Source of the DNA: Mobula hypostoma
Lineage: Eukaryota
NCBI RefSeq assembly: GCF_963921235.1
Contig: NC_086097.1
Coordinates: forward strand, 250,606,001-250,670,000
Reading direction: 5' to 3'
Length of the DNA: 64,000 nt
Part shown: positions 13,353 through 26,459 of the stretch, piece after piece
Layout: each line of letters begins with the position of its first letter
Numbering within the stretch: position 1 is the stretch's first letter
Program-made: the position numbers and the translations under genes
Notes under the pieces: generated by a model
Told to the model about the DNA's origin: nothing
Seen by the model: the letters and a program-made list of their open reading frames with translations, nothing else
Database searches by the model: none

Positions 13353-13468
13353 TTATGCGTTAGCCAGAGGTATCGTTTCATTCTCAGTCCGTTCCACTCG
13401 ATTTGTCAGATCAGCTTTTCCATGCTTCTTTGGTTTAGTTTTTAAAAATATGATTAAGAGGATCAAGC
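13353..13468 (-). CDS. cdh17: Cadherin-17 last coding exon (end of TM plus short cytoplasmic tail): GLILLIIFLKTKPKKHGKADLTNRVERTENETIPLANA*
   Basis: Acceptor catcactccacag|GC, phase 1, TAA at 13353-13355. Hydrophobic stretch, then a basic stop-transfer, then a ~29-aa tail with no catenin-binding domain, diagnostic of 7D-cadherins (CDH16/CDH17). Confidence 0.92.
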
Positions 13469-14600
13469 CTGTGGAGTGATGAATGAACAGGTCAAATTAT
13501 TCCTCTGCAAGCAGTTTTAAACTAATATTTTTGTAACAAAATCTTAGCAAAGTTCAAAGTAAATTTATGATCAAAGTACATATATGTCAACATATCCTAT
13601 CCTGAAATTAATTTTCTTGCAGGCATTTACAAGAAAATAAAGAAATACAATAGAACTTTTGAAAAACTATCTTATGAGGAAAGTTGAGTGAGCTTGGGCT
13701 TTTCTCTTTGAAACGAAAGAGGATGAGAGGTGACTTGATAGAGGTGTACAAGATAGTAAGAGGCATAGATCAAGTGGACAGCCAGAGACTTCTTCCCAGG
13801 GTGCAAATAGTTAATACAAAGGGGCATACACTGGAGGAAAGTATGGGGGGGGGTGTTGTCGGAGATGAGGTTTTGAGACAGAGAGTGATAGGTGCGTGGA
13901 ACATGCTGCCAGAGGTGATGCTTCAGTGACTTTTAGCAGCATGGAGGAACAGGCCAGTCTTGGGTTCACATCCACAGATCCCTTGAAATTGCCACGCACG
14001 TTGATGGGGTTCAAAGTTCACAGTTCACCAGATACTACCCTGAGATTTAATTTCTTGCAGACATTCACAGCAGAACAAAGAAATACAATAGAAGCAAAGA
14101 CAAACTACAAGCAACTGACAAGCAACCAATGTGCAAAATGCAAAAAGAGAGGAAAATAAAGAAATAATAATAAATAAATAATGAGAACATGAGATGAAGA
14201 GTCCTTGAAAGTGAGTCCATAGGTTGTGGGAACAGTTCAGTGTGGTGGTGAGTGAAGTCATCCCCTCTGATTCAAGAGCTTGATGGTTGAGGGGTAATAA
14301 CTGTTCCAGAACATGGTAGTGTGAATCCTGAGGCTCCTGTACCTTCTTCATGATGGTTGAGGGTATTAACTGTTCCTGAACCTGATGGTGTGAGTCTTGA
14401 GGCCCCTGTGCCTGCTTCCTGATGGCAGCAATGAGAAGAGAGTGTGGCCTGAGGGTCTCTGATGATGGATGTACTCAGTGGTGGGGTAGGCTTTACGGTG
14501 ATGGACAGGGCCATATCCACTACTTTCAGCTGGCTATGTTTTGTCGCAATAATAGATAAATAAATAATAACATGCAGCCTGGGGCTTGATCCACACTTAC

Positions 14601-14717
14601 CTATTACAGCGAGTGTTCCAAGAAGGATTCCGACTGCAAGTCCTGCTTTTGAATAACTGGGTTGATTGTCTACTGGAATAAAGCACACTCCGTATTTTGA
14701 GCACTTGCACACTTTAA
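14601..14717 (-). CDS. cdh17: Cadherin-17 exon (membrane-proximal CxC region and start of TM): VKVCKCSKYGVCFIPVDNQPSYSKAGLAVGILLGTLAVI
   Basis: Acceptor tttttatccctag|TT and donor ATAG|gtaagt; 117 bp, phase 1 to 1. Aligns with recalled human VTFCSCVEGSCFRP...GMAVGILLTTLLVIG. Confidence 0.95.
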
Positions 14718-15660
14718 CTAGGGATAAAAACAGAGAGACAAATGTGTTGTATATTTCATATTTTAATTGGTTAAGCATTCCCCTGCCTTCTCCCTGTAAC
14801 CCTTGATGCCCTTACTAATCAATAACGCATCAGCCTGGTCCCTCAACACCACCTCTTTAGTAAAGACAGCACAGCAGCATCTTCACTTCCTGAGGAGATT
14901 GAGGTGACTGAGACTCCCTCACCTCGTTCTAACCAATTTTTACAGGCTTTTTACAACTCCCTGCCACCACTCAGGTCACATCACTTACCAAGTGCCAATG
15001 GAATAATGATGTTTACTTTTTAACTTGTAATGTAAATGCACCTTATTATTTGTGGTAATATTACCTAATGCGTTGTGTGTGATTTATATATATTGTGTTG
15101 TTCACCTTAGTCAGGGAAACACTTTCGTTTGGTGGTGGCTGCTGTACGACAATAAACTTGAACTTGAAACTTGAAGCTTGAGCCTCCTCTTTAAACATAC
15201 TCAATGACTTGGCCTCCTCCATGGTCTGTGGCGATGAATTCCGCAGATTGATCACCCTCTGGTTGAAGAAATTCCTCCTCACCTCTGTTCTGAGTGGATG
15301 TCCCTCTGTTCTGAGGCTGTGCCCTCTGATCCTGCCTCACCCACTCTAGGAAACAGCCTCTCCACATCCACTCTATCTAAGCCTTTCAATTTTCAATAGG
15401 TTTTAAATGAATTCCTCCTTCATTCTTTTAAACACAAGCGAGTACAAGCCCAGATCCATCAAATGCTACTCATATTCTTTCTTTCCTGGGATCATTCTTG
15501 TGAACTTCCTCCGTACCCTCTCCAGTGCCAGCACATCCTTTCTTATATAAGAGACCCAAAACTGCTTACAATACTCCAAGTGCGGTCTAACCAATGCCTT
15601 AAAATGTCTCAGCATTACTTCCCTGATTTTATACTCGAACTCTCTGAAAATGAATGCTAA

Positions 15661-15930
15661 CATTGGTGAGTCCCAACACAGACTGGAGGACCATTTCATC
15701 AAGCACCTTCACTCGATCCAGCACGAAAGGAAAGATCTCCAAGTAGCCAACATTCCAATTCAACCTCCCATTCCCATTCTGACACGGTGGCCTATGGCAT
15801 CCTCTACAACCATGATGAGGCCACAGTCAAGTTGGAGGTGCAACCATCTGAGTAGGCTCCAACCAGATGGCATGAACATTGATTTCTCCAACTTCTGGTA
15901 ACTTCTCCTCCTTGCCCTTCTTCTCCCACA
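15661..15930 (+). mobile_element. Penelope-like GIY-YIG fragment
   Basis: IGESQHRLEDHFIKHL...LQVAN and LQPDGMNIDFSNF. Confidence 0.75.
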
Positions 15931-18214
15931 AGTGCAATCAACAGAAGATTACCCAGCGTAAAGAGGTTGTTAACACAGAGAGTGGTGTTTGTGTGGATCA
16001 CCCTGCCAAGACTGGTAATAGAAGCAGATGAAAGACATTTGAGAAACTCATGGATAATAGAAAAATGGAGGGTTATGTAAGAGGGAAGGGTTAGATCGGT
16101 CTTAATGTAAGTTAAAAGGTTGGCACAACATCGTGGGTGAAGGGCCTGTACTGTGCCGCAGTGCTCCACAGTATGCCCTATGTTCTATGTTATTAAAGTT
16201 TTGTGGTTGTTTCGAGAGGAGATTTACCGAGGTGCTGCCAGGACTAGAGAGTATGCCTCACGAGGATAGTTTCAGCAAGTTAGGGTTGTTTTCTTCGGGG
16301 TGAAGGAGGATGAGAGGTGAGTTGACAGAGGTGTACATGATGATACAATGATTTGAGGCACAGATTGAGTGGACAGCCAGAGACTTTTTCCCAGTTGGAA
16401 ATGGCTAATAGCAGGGGCATAATTTTAAGTTGATTGGAGGAAAGTTTGGGAGAATGTCAAAGGTAAGTTTTCCTTTTACGCAGAGAGTGGTGGGTGTGTA
16501 GAACACATTGCCAGGAATGGTGGTAGAGGTAGATATATTACAGAGATTTTTAAGAAACTCCTAGATAGGCAGATGGATGATAGAGTGCCATGTGGGAGGG
16601 AAGGGTTAAATGGAATCAGTTAAAAGGTCAGCACAGCATGGTGGGCTGAAGGGCCTGTACAGCACTATAGTGTTCGACGTTCAATATAAAATAAGGATGC
16701 TTTTTTTGGGAGGTGGGAAGAAACGGGAGACCCAGAGGAAATCCATACAGTCACAGGGACGCTGTTCAAATACATACCAGACAGACCAAACCAGAGGAAC
16801 ATGGATTATTGAGAAAGCAACACTGTCTGCTGTGCTACTCTGCCCTCCCACCCCCACTGGACTGTGTAGAGTCTGTGCACTAATCTATAGGCCAGTTTCA
16901 AAGACCAACTTCATTTGCCATACACATTTACATGCATGAGAAATTTACTGTCAGTGTGTGACATGCACCAAACTGAACATTCAACAATTGTAAAGAATTA
17001 TATAAAATTAAAGATAGAGATTAAAGTACAAGTGTGAAAAAATGACCATAACTACATAAGTAAGTAATAAGACCATAAGACATTTGGGCAGAATAAGGCC
17101 ATTCGGCCCATTGAGTCTGTTCGGCTATTTCATCATGGCTGCTATATTATCCTCTCAACCCCATTCTTCTGCCTTCTCTCTGTAACATTTCTAATTAAGG
17201 ATCTATCATAAATACCATCATGACAGACAATCACCGCCAGATACACGTGTGTTTGAAGTTGCAGAGGGGAAGATATAGGATCAAGGATCAAAGATTATCT
17301 TTATTTGCCATAAATGTTTACATGTATTAGGAATTTGCCATGGTGTGTTGGTCAGGGAATGAATGCAACAAAAAAACCATTCACCAATTATACAGAATAA
17401 AGAATTGTGTAAAAATAAATTTAGAGGTTTAACATGGAATAAATGTGCATAAATAAATAAATACTAGAATGTATTTACAATGTAACAGCATTATAGAAAG
17501 TGGTTTAAAGAGTTTACTGTGCACTGCAGTGATGGGGTGATAGATTGGGGGGTAGGGGTGGGCTAACTAGAATGGTTGATCAGATTATCTGCTGGCAGTG
17601 AAGTTTTTGTTTCACTAGCCTTATAGTGTTTTCCAGAAGGGAGGTTTTGGAAATGACTGTTTTGCAGGGTGGGTAATGCCTGTGATGCTTCTTGGAGGCC
17701 AAGGCTGAGGTGGGCTTGAGATTTGGGAATTGAAGTTCTGGTTGCCTCATCACAGGGCACATCCTCTCTGGGGTTCATTACTCAGTTATGGTGAAGAGGC
17801 TTATAAGTTGCTGAGATCCCGAGAGTGATGCCATTTGAAATTAGCTCAAGGGGGGAGGTTCCACATGAAGAGCAATCCAACAAAGTCCTCGTCAGTGGAG
17901 CTGGCTGAAGATGATGACTCATCACAAAGGCAGTGAAGATGGAAGAAGGCTGCAGCTGTGTAAGGACCCCAGTTGTCTTGCATTCCATATCACTGGACCC
18001 TGACCCCGATCGGTCGAGGACCATGTGGTGCCTGCCCATGGATCAGCCTCGCCACGTTAAACAAAGTCACGTACGGGTGTTCTCCATTAAGGGAATCTAC
18101 CATAACGTCCCAGTTATGTGGATCCTGGATCAGCCTCTGCAGGCCCCACCAACAGATGACTCCTTAGGAGAACATCATACTCGACTAGAGTGATCCTACT
18201 ACAACACAGTACAG

Positions 18215-19145
18215 TACAACCCCCTCAGGGCTGTGTACTGAGTCCCCTCCTGTACTCCCTGTATACCCATGACTGTATCGCCACCCGCAGCTCCAATCTG
18301 CTAATTAAATTTGCCGACGACACTACATTGATTGGCCTTATCTCAAACAATAATGAGGTAGCTTACAGGGAAGAAGTCATCTCTCTGACACAGTGGTGTC
18401 AAGAAAACAACCTCTCCCTCAATGTCGCAAAAACAAAGGAGCTGGTTGTGGATTACAGGAGGAATGGAGACGGGCTAACCCCTATTGACATCAATGGATC
18501 TGGGGTTCAGAGGGTAAACAGCTTTAAGTTCCTCCACTTCAGCGAGAACCTCACATGGTCTGTACACACCAGCTGTGTGGTGAAAAAGGCACAACAGTGC
18601 TTCTTTCACCTCAGACGGTTGAGGAAGTTTGGTACGGGCCCCCAAATCCTAAGAACTTTCTACAGGCGCACAATTGAGAGCATCCTGACTGGCTGCATCA
18701 CTGCCTGGTATGGGAACTGTACTTCCCTCAATCGCAGGATCCTGCAGAGAGTGGTGCGGACAGCCCAGCGCATCTGTAGATGTGAACTTCCTATGATTCA
18801 GTACATTTACAAGGACAGGTGTGTAAAAAGGGCCCGTTGGATCACCGGGGACCCGAGTCACCCCAACCATAATCTATTCCAGCAGCTAACATCCGGGAAA
18901 CGGTACCTCAGCATAAAAGCCAGGACCAACAGGCTCCAGGACAGCTTCTTCCACCAGGTCATCAGACTGATGAACTCATGCTGACATGAGTGTACTCATA
19001 TTACATTGACTGTTCTATTTATTATAAATTATTATAAATTACTAGGATTGCACATTGCACATTTAGATGGAGAAGTAACAAAAAGTTTTTTACTCCTCAT
19101 GTATGTGAAGAATGTAAGAAATAAAGTCAATTCAATTCAGTTCAA
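18215..19145 (+). mobile_element. Rex1/Babar-clade LINE, 5'-truncated, RT C-terminal half open
   Basis: PQGCVLSPLLYSLYTHDC, KFADDTT, LNVAKTKELVVDYRR; (aattc)n tail. Confidence 0.88.
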
Positions 19146-20251
19146 TACATAGAATATTGAACAGTACAGCTCAGGAACAGGCCTTTCAGCCCACAATGTT
19201 GTGCTGATCCAATTAAATTCGTCATCAAATGGCCAACCAAACTAATTCCACTCTGCCTACACAATGTCCATATTCTTCCATTTCCTCACATTCATGTGTC
19301 TATCTAAATGTCTCTTAAAAGTACCTTATAAGACCATAATAAGTCCCTAATAAGATATACGAGACCCATCGAGTCTGGTCCATCATTTCATCATGGTTGA
19401 TCCAATTTTCTTCTCAGCCCCAATCAGCTGCTTCTCCTTGTATCCCTTCCTGTCCTGGCCAATCTATCAACCTCTGCCTTAAATATACATAAAGACTTGG
19501 CCTCCACAGCTACCTGTGGTAAAGAATTCCACAGACTCACCACCCTCTGGTGAAAGAAATTCCTTTTCACACTGTCTGTCTACTCTGTCTGTGCCTCTGT
19601 TGGATTTCCCCTCAGCCGCTGGCGCTCCAGAGAAAGCAACCCACGTTTGTCCAGTCTCTCATGATAGCACACATTCTCTCATCTAGACATAATCCTGGTA
19701 AAGGTCTTCAGCACCCTCTCCAAAGCCTCATCTTCCTTCTCATAAAGGAGTGCAATACTCCAGATGCAGCCTAACCTGAGTTTCATAAAGCTGCAACTTA
19801 AATTCCTGACTTTTAAACTCAATGCCTCGACTAATAAAGACATGCATGCCATATGCCTTCTGAACCACCCTAACAACAGATTTATTATTTCCTCTTAACA
19901 ATGCACCAGAACCCATTACAATGTTTTGAACACATGTTTTCACTCACTTGCATTATGTGCTTAATAGCCTGGATTATTAAGTACCCCAATGTCTATTTAT
20001 TGCATGGACGCTGAGACAGATTATTCATTTACCAAATCCATTTTTGCTCTTCATTTTCAATTTAGGTTTAATCAGATTTCTTATAATCATGGGACTGATT
20101 TCATGTCTGTGCTGTCTCCAGGTTCATCGTTATCATTATTATTCTATGAATTTATTGAGTATGCCCACAAGAAAATAAATTTCTGGGCTCTGTATGGTGA
20201 CATACATGTTCTTTGATAATAAAAATTTACTTTGTACTTTTCTTTGTAATA

Positions 20252-21130
20252 CACTCTTTTGCTATTTTATTAGGTACATCTGCTCTTTAATGCAAATATC
20301 TGATCAGCTAATCACGTAGCAGCAACCCAATGCATAAAAGCATGGAGACATGGTCAAGAGGTTCAGCTGTTGTTCAGAGCAAACGTCAGAATGGGGGAGA
20401 AATGTGTTCTAAGTGACTTTGAGCGTGGGATGATTGTTGGTGCCAGACAGCGCAGTTTGAGTATCTCAGAAACCACTGGTCTCCTGGGATTTTCATGCAC
20501 AACAGTCTCTGGAGTTTACAGAGAATGGTGTTATAAATGAAAAAAAAATCCAGTAAATGGCAGTTCTGTGGGGGAAAACACCTTGTTAATGACAGAGGTC
20601 AGAGGAGAATGGCCAGACTGGTTCAAGCTGACAGGAAGGCGACAGTAACTCAAATAACCACGGGTACAACAGTGGTGTGCAGAAGGGCATCTATTTTTTT
20701 TATGTTATTTTTTTTTAATATAATTTTTACTGAGTTTTCAAAGTGAATACATGAAAAGATAATGTCTACCCTCCCCCCTCCCCTCAATCCTTCCCCCTGA
20801 TATATACTCCTACCTGAAAAAAAAAGAAAGAAAGAAGAAAAAAAAGAACTGCCTGGGTGTTGGAAGGTTTCCACATGCTCCATGGGATTCAAAATAAATT
20901 TAGTATATTTATTTATTACTTTCCCCAAGGGACCAAGATCTTTATCATCGGAGCAACTAAATATGCCATCCTATCTTTTGTAAATAAGGGCGCCAAATAT
21001 CAGAAGGGCATCCCTGAACACACAACACATCGAACCTTGAAGTGGATGGGCTACAGCAGCAGAAGACCATGAAGGTGCACTTGGTGGCTCTTTAAGTGCA
21101 AGATGTATCTAATAAAGTGGCCACCGAGTC
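20252..21130 (+). mobile_element. Non-autonomous Tc1-like element (same family as 12205) carrying an L1 insertion
   Basis: Transposase N-terminal remnant (SDFERGMIVGAR; RGQRRMARLVQADRKATVTQIT; RTLKWMGYSSRRP); right TIR taataaagtggccaccgagt. Confidence 0.85.
20692..21000 (-). mobile_element. 5'-truncated L1-clade insertion with poly(A)-like tail
   Basis: 12-bp TSD cagaagggcatc (20680-20691, 21001-21012); T-rich left end; minus strand starts IWRPYLQKIGWHI*, resembling an L1 ORF2 C-terminus. Confidence 0.78.
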
Positions 21131-21539
21131 TACTTTACATTGCAAATATTGCATAACTAAATTATGTCCAAATGTCAAAATGAAGATCACATTTAGTTAA
21201 GAATTTAATTCTCATGAGATACTATTTTTAAATCATTAACAGAAAATAAACATAATGACGGCATTAAAATACGTGTGTTCTGCAGATCCTTTGTAGTATA
21301 AATCAGTTGAAATTCCACCCATTTTCTCGGACGTGAGATCGATGGAAAGTGTACTAGCATAACAGAGTCTCTGCCTAACTGTGCAGAGATCTTCTCACTG
21401 CAAAGATAATTTTTTTTTGCCTTATGAAAAAAACAATAATTTTATCCGTAATATATGCAAATTGAGGGCTAATATCCATTGAGCAATTGCCCATGTAAAG
21501 TCAATGGTAGCAAACAATGGTGAGTCATCGTCAACACAA

Positions 21540-22085
21540 GAGATCATGCAGATGCTGGAAATGATGAGTAACATACACAAAATGCCGGCAGCATTCAGCA
21601 GGTCGGGCAGCATTTCTCCATTCTCCAACTGTCAGCTAATTTCTCTTCCCTCCTTCCTTCTCTCTTTTTCCATTCCTCATTCTGATTCTTCTTAATCCTT
21701 CTTTTCTCCTCACTGTCCCGTCAGCTCCCTCTGGTTTCCCTCTTCCTTCCCTTTCTCCCATGGTCCAGTCTCCTCTCCCATCAGATTCTTTCTTCTCCAG
21801 CCCTTTATCTCTTCCACCTGTCACCTCCCAACTTCTCATTTCTTGCCCATCCCCCACTCTGCCACCTTCCCGCTCAACTGGTTTCACTTATCAGCCGCCA
21901 GTTTGTACTTCTTCCCCTCCCCACCTTCTTATTTTGGTTTCCTCTCCCTCCCTTCCCAGTCCTAATGAAGGGTCTCTGCCTGAAACCTTGTTTCTCCCCT
22001 CCATAGATGCTGCCTGACCTGCTGAGTTCCTGCAGCATTTTGTGTGTGTTGCTCTGGATTTCCAGCATCTGCAGAATCTCTAATA
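21540..22085 (+). mobile_element. Penelope-like 3' fragment with inverted 5' pLTR (21540-21613) and direct 3' pLTR
   Basis: gcagatgctggaaat...gcagcat at left is the reverse complement of atgctgcc...atttccagcatctgc at right. Confidence 0.8.
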
Positions 22086-22599
22086 TTTGTGATTACTGCA
22101 GACGTCCACTTGATATCCAGAACAGAAACAGAATTGGGTTGATTTTCACTGACATATGTTGTGAAATTTGTTGTTTTGCGGTAGCAGTACAGTGCAATAC
22201 TTAACATATACTACAAGTTATCGTAAGAGTGCTCCCATTCCCGTTCTGTATACCCTCTTGGTTTTAATAAATGTACTGTACAAAATTCAGACAGTCTTGA
22301 GTACAAATACCGTGAAAGTGATCATGGTCAGTCCGCAGACTACTTGCATTTTTGTCAACGTTTGCTGCCAGAGACATTATTGAAAATGAATGTCAAAGAG
22401 AAGTACAAAAGGTCGATGTGTTTCTGTTGTTAGTTATTCAGGGCCAAGCTCTAACCCTTTGTTCAGATTCAGAATCAGGTTTATTAGTTGTTTTATCAGG
22501 TTTATATGTTATAAAAAATGTCGTTTAGTGGCAGCAGTACAGTGCAATACACAAGAATTACTATAAGAATATATATATATGTAATAGTGCAAAAAGAAC

Positions 22600-23175
22600 A
22601 AAAAGTGAGGTAGTGTTCATGGGTTCAATGTCCATTCAGAAATCTGATGGCAGGGGGGAAGAAGCTGTTCCTGAAACATTGGGGCTCCTGTACCTCCTCC
22701 TTGATAAAGGACATGTCCTGTGCGGCGAGGGTCTTTAATGAGGGATGCTGACTTTTTGAGGCATCGCCTTTTGAAGGTGTTCTCAGTACTGGGGAGGCTG
22801 GTGCCCGTGATGGAGCTGGCTGAGTTTACAACTTTCTGCAGCTTTTTCACATCCTGTGCAGTGGCCCCGCCATACCGGACGGCGATGTGACCAGTAAGAA
22901 TGCTCTCCACAGTACATCTGTAGAAACTTACGAGAGTCTTTGGTGGCAAACCAGATCTCCTCCAAATCCTAATGAAGTAGAACTACTTGCATGTCTTCTC
23001 CATGATTGCATCAATATGTTGGGTCCAGGATGGACCCTCAGAGATGTTGATACCTGAACTGCTCGCCCTTTCCACTGCTGACTCCTCGATGGGAACTGTA
23101 TTGTGTTCTCACAATTGCCTCCTCCTGAATTCCACAATCGTTTCCTTGGTGTTACTGATCAAGTTGAGTGCGAGG
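22600..23175 (-). mobile_element. Rex1/Babar-like 3' fragment
   Basis: FYRCTVESILTG...WYG-like, KKLQKVVNSA. Confidence 0.75.
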
Positions 23176-23519
23176 TTATTAACATAGAACATATAGCACA
23201 GGAACAGGCCATTCGGCCCACAATGTTGTGCTGAACCAGCTAAAAAGTAAATAAACCCTCCCCCAAAAATACTAATCTCTCCTACCTACACCATATCCAT
23301 ATCCCTCCATTTTCCTTACATCCATGTGCCAATGAACTTGCCTCTACCAACGCACTAGGCAGCACGTACCAGAGTAAAAAACTTAACACCTCACCTCCTC
23401 CTCGAACCTTTCTCCTCTCACCCTCAAGGTATGCCCCAAACCACTCAACCAGCTGATCTATCACACTCTTGTATGCCTCCTCCTTAGGGTAGACAGCAAC
23501 ATCATCATGTTCCAAGTAA

Positions 23520-26385
23520 CTGAATTGAATTGAATTGACTTTATTACTTACATCCTTCATATACTAATTTAACTAATTTCCCCCGGGATCAATAAAGTAT
23601 GACTATGACTATGACTATACATAAATAAAAATCTTCACATTACGTCGCTGTCTAAATGTGTAATATGCAATTTATAGTAATTTATAATAAATAGTATGTA
23701 CAACAATATAACATAGAAATACAGTTGTGTCATCAGGAGTTAATCAGTCTAATGGCCTGGTGGAAGAAGCTGTCACAGAGCCTGTTGGTCCTGGCTTTTA
23801 TGCTGTGGTACCATTCCCCGGATGGTAGCAGCTGGAACAGTTTGTGGTTGGGGTGACTCGGGTCCCCAATGATCCTTTGGGCCCTTTTTACACACCTATC
23901 TTTGTAAATGTCCTGAATAGTGGGAAGTTCACATCTATAGATGCACTGGGCTGTCCGCACCACTCTCTGCAGAGTCCTGTGATTAAGTGAAGTACAGTTC
24001 CCATACCAGGCAGTGATGCAGCCAGTCAGGATGCTCTCAATTGTGCTCCTGTAGAAAGTTCTTAGGATTTGGGGCACAAACCAAATTTCTTCAACCGTCT
24101 GAGGTGAAAGAGGTGCTGTTGTGCCTTTTTCACCACACAGCCGGCATGTAGAGACCAGGTGAGATCCTTGGTCATGTTTATGCCGAGGAATTTAAAGCTG
24201 TTCACCCTCTCAGCCCCAGATCCATTGAAGTCAATAGGGGTTAGCCTGTCTCCATTCCCATTGTAATCCACAACCAGCTTCTTAATTTTGAAACATTGAG
24301 GGAGACGTTGTTTTCTTGACACCACTGTGTCAGTGTGATGACTTCCTTTTCATAGGCTGCCTCATTATTATTTGAGATTAGGCCATTCAGTGTAGTATCA
24401 TCAGCAAATTTAATTAGCAGATTGGAGCTGTGGGTGGTGACACAGTCATGAATATACAGGGAGTAAAGCGGGGGGGGGGGTGGTGGGGAGGCTTAGGACA
24501 CAGCCCTGAGGGGCACCTGTGTTGAGGGTCAGAGGGGCAGAGATGAGGGATCCCACTCTTACTACCTGCTGGCAATCTGACAGGAAGTCCAGAATCCAGC
24601 TACACAAGGCAAGGTGAAGGCCAAAGTCTCTGAGCTTCTTGTCAAGCCTAGAGAGAATTATGGTGTTGAATGTTGAACTGAAGTCCAAGACCAGTTAGCC
24701 TGACCTCAGTGGCTGGGAAGATGTTCGAGTCAATTGTTAAGGATGAGGTGATGGAGTACTTGGTGTCACAGGACAAGATAGTAGAAAATCAGCATGGTTT
24801 CCTTCAGGGAAAATCATGCCTGATGAATCTGTTGGAATTCTTTGTGGAGATTACAAGTAGGATAGATAAAGGGGATGTAATGGATGTTGTATATTTGGAC
24901 TTTCAGAAGGCATTTGACAAGGTGCCACATATAAGGCTGCTTACAAGTTAAGAGCCCATGGTATTACAGGAAGGTTACTAACGTGGTTATAGCATTGGCT
25001 GATTGGTAGGAGGCAGTGAGTGGGAATAAAAGGATCCTTTTCTGGTTGGCTGTCAGTGTCTAGTGGTGATCCACAGGGGTTGGTGTTGGGACCTCTTCTA
25101 TATAAGTGATTTAGACGATGGAATAGATGGCTTTGTTGCCAAGTTTGCATATGATACAAAGATTGGTGGAGGGGCAGGTACTGTTGAGGAAACAGGTTGG
25201 ATGCAGAAGGACTTGGACCGATAGGAGAATGGGCAAGAAAGTGGCAAATGAAATATAATATTGGAAAATGCATTTTGGTAGTAGAAATAAATGTGCAGAC
25301 TATTTTCTAAATGGGGAGAAAATCCTGGAATCTGAGAGGCAGAGGGGCTTGGGAGTCCTTGTGCAGAACACCCTGAAGGTTAACTTGCAGGTTGAGTCAG
25401 TGGTGAGGAAGGCAAATGCCATGTTAGCATTCATTTCAACAGGTTTGGAAAACTAGAGCAAGGATGTGATGCTGAGGCTTTATAAGGCACTGGTGAGGCC
25501 TCACCTTGAGTATTGTGAACAGTTTTGGGCCCCTCATCTTAGAAAAGAGGCACTAGTACTGGAGAGGGTCCAGAGGAGGTTCACAAAGATGATTCCAGGA
25601 ATGAAAGGGTTATCATATGAAGAATAGTTGATGGCTCTGATCCTGTACTCATTGGAGTTCAGAAGGATGAAGGGGGATTTCATTGAAAATGTTTGAATGT
25701 TGAAAGGCTAGACAGAGTAGATATGGAAAGGATGTTTCCCATGGTGGGAGAGTCTCAGACAAGAGGGCACACCCTCAGGATAGAGGGGCATCCTTTCAAA
25801 ACAGAGATGCAGAATAAATTTTTTAGCCAAAGGATGGTGAATTTGTGGAATTTGTTGCCACATGCAGCTGTGGAGGCCAGATTGTTGGGTGTACTTAAGA
25901 CAGAGATTGATAGGTTCTTGATTGGACATGGTATCAAAGATTAAGGGGAGAAGGCCGGGAACTGGAGTTGAGGAGGAGAAAAAAAAGGTTCAGCCATGAT
26001 TGAATGGTGGAGCAGACTCGATGGGCCAGATGGCCTAATTCTGCTTCTGTGTCTTATGGTCTAACAGCATTCTCACATAAGCATCTTACTTCTCCAGATG
26101 TGTAAGGACAGTGTGTAGAGCTGTGGCTATTGCGTCATCTTTCGATCGGTTGTGTTGGTAGGCGAATTGTAGGGTGGTAGCAAACTGCAGATGTAATCCT
26201 TCACCAGCTTCTCAAAACATTTGCTTATTATTGAGGTGAGTGCGACAGGACGTCAGTCATTCAGACATGTTACTGTGGTCTTTTTAGATACAGGGACAAT
26301 GGCGGATGTTTTGAAACAGGATGGCACTCTACACTGGGAGAGGGAGGGATTAAAAATGTCTGTAAATACACCTGGCAGTTGTGCC
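23520..26385 (-). mobile_element. Rex1/Babar LINE split by a CR1 (pieces ~23520-24690 and 26063-~26385)
   Basis: AYVRMLF|LDFSSTFNTII joined across the insertion; GAPQGCVLS; same family as 18215-19145. Confidence 0.88.
24691..26062 (+). mobile_element. 5'-truncated CR1 inserted in Rex1
   Basis: PVSLTSVAGK, QHGF, YLDFQKAFDKVPH; 3' tail tcttatggtct. Confidence 0.9.
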
Positions 26386-26459
26386 AGTTGATAAATAAAG
26401 AGACCAATTTCTATGCCGTACGTTGTCCCGACTTTAATACTGGATATTTGCAGAAGCCT

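Noticed and set aside
14272..14778. 168-aa ORF as a stand-alone gene
   Set aside because: Only 14601-14717 is exon; the rest is intron and Rex1-type repeat read-through. The same applies to ORFs 47520-47918 and 44761-44955.
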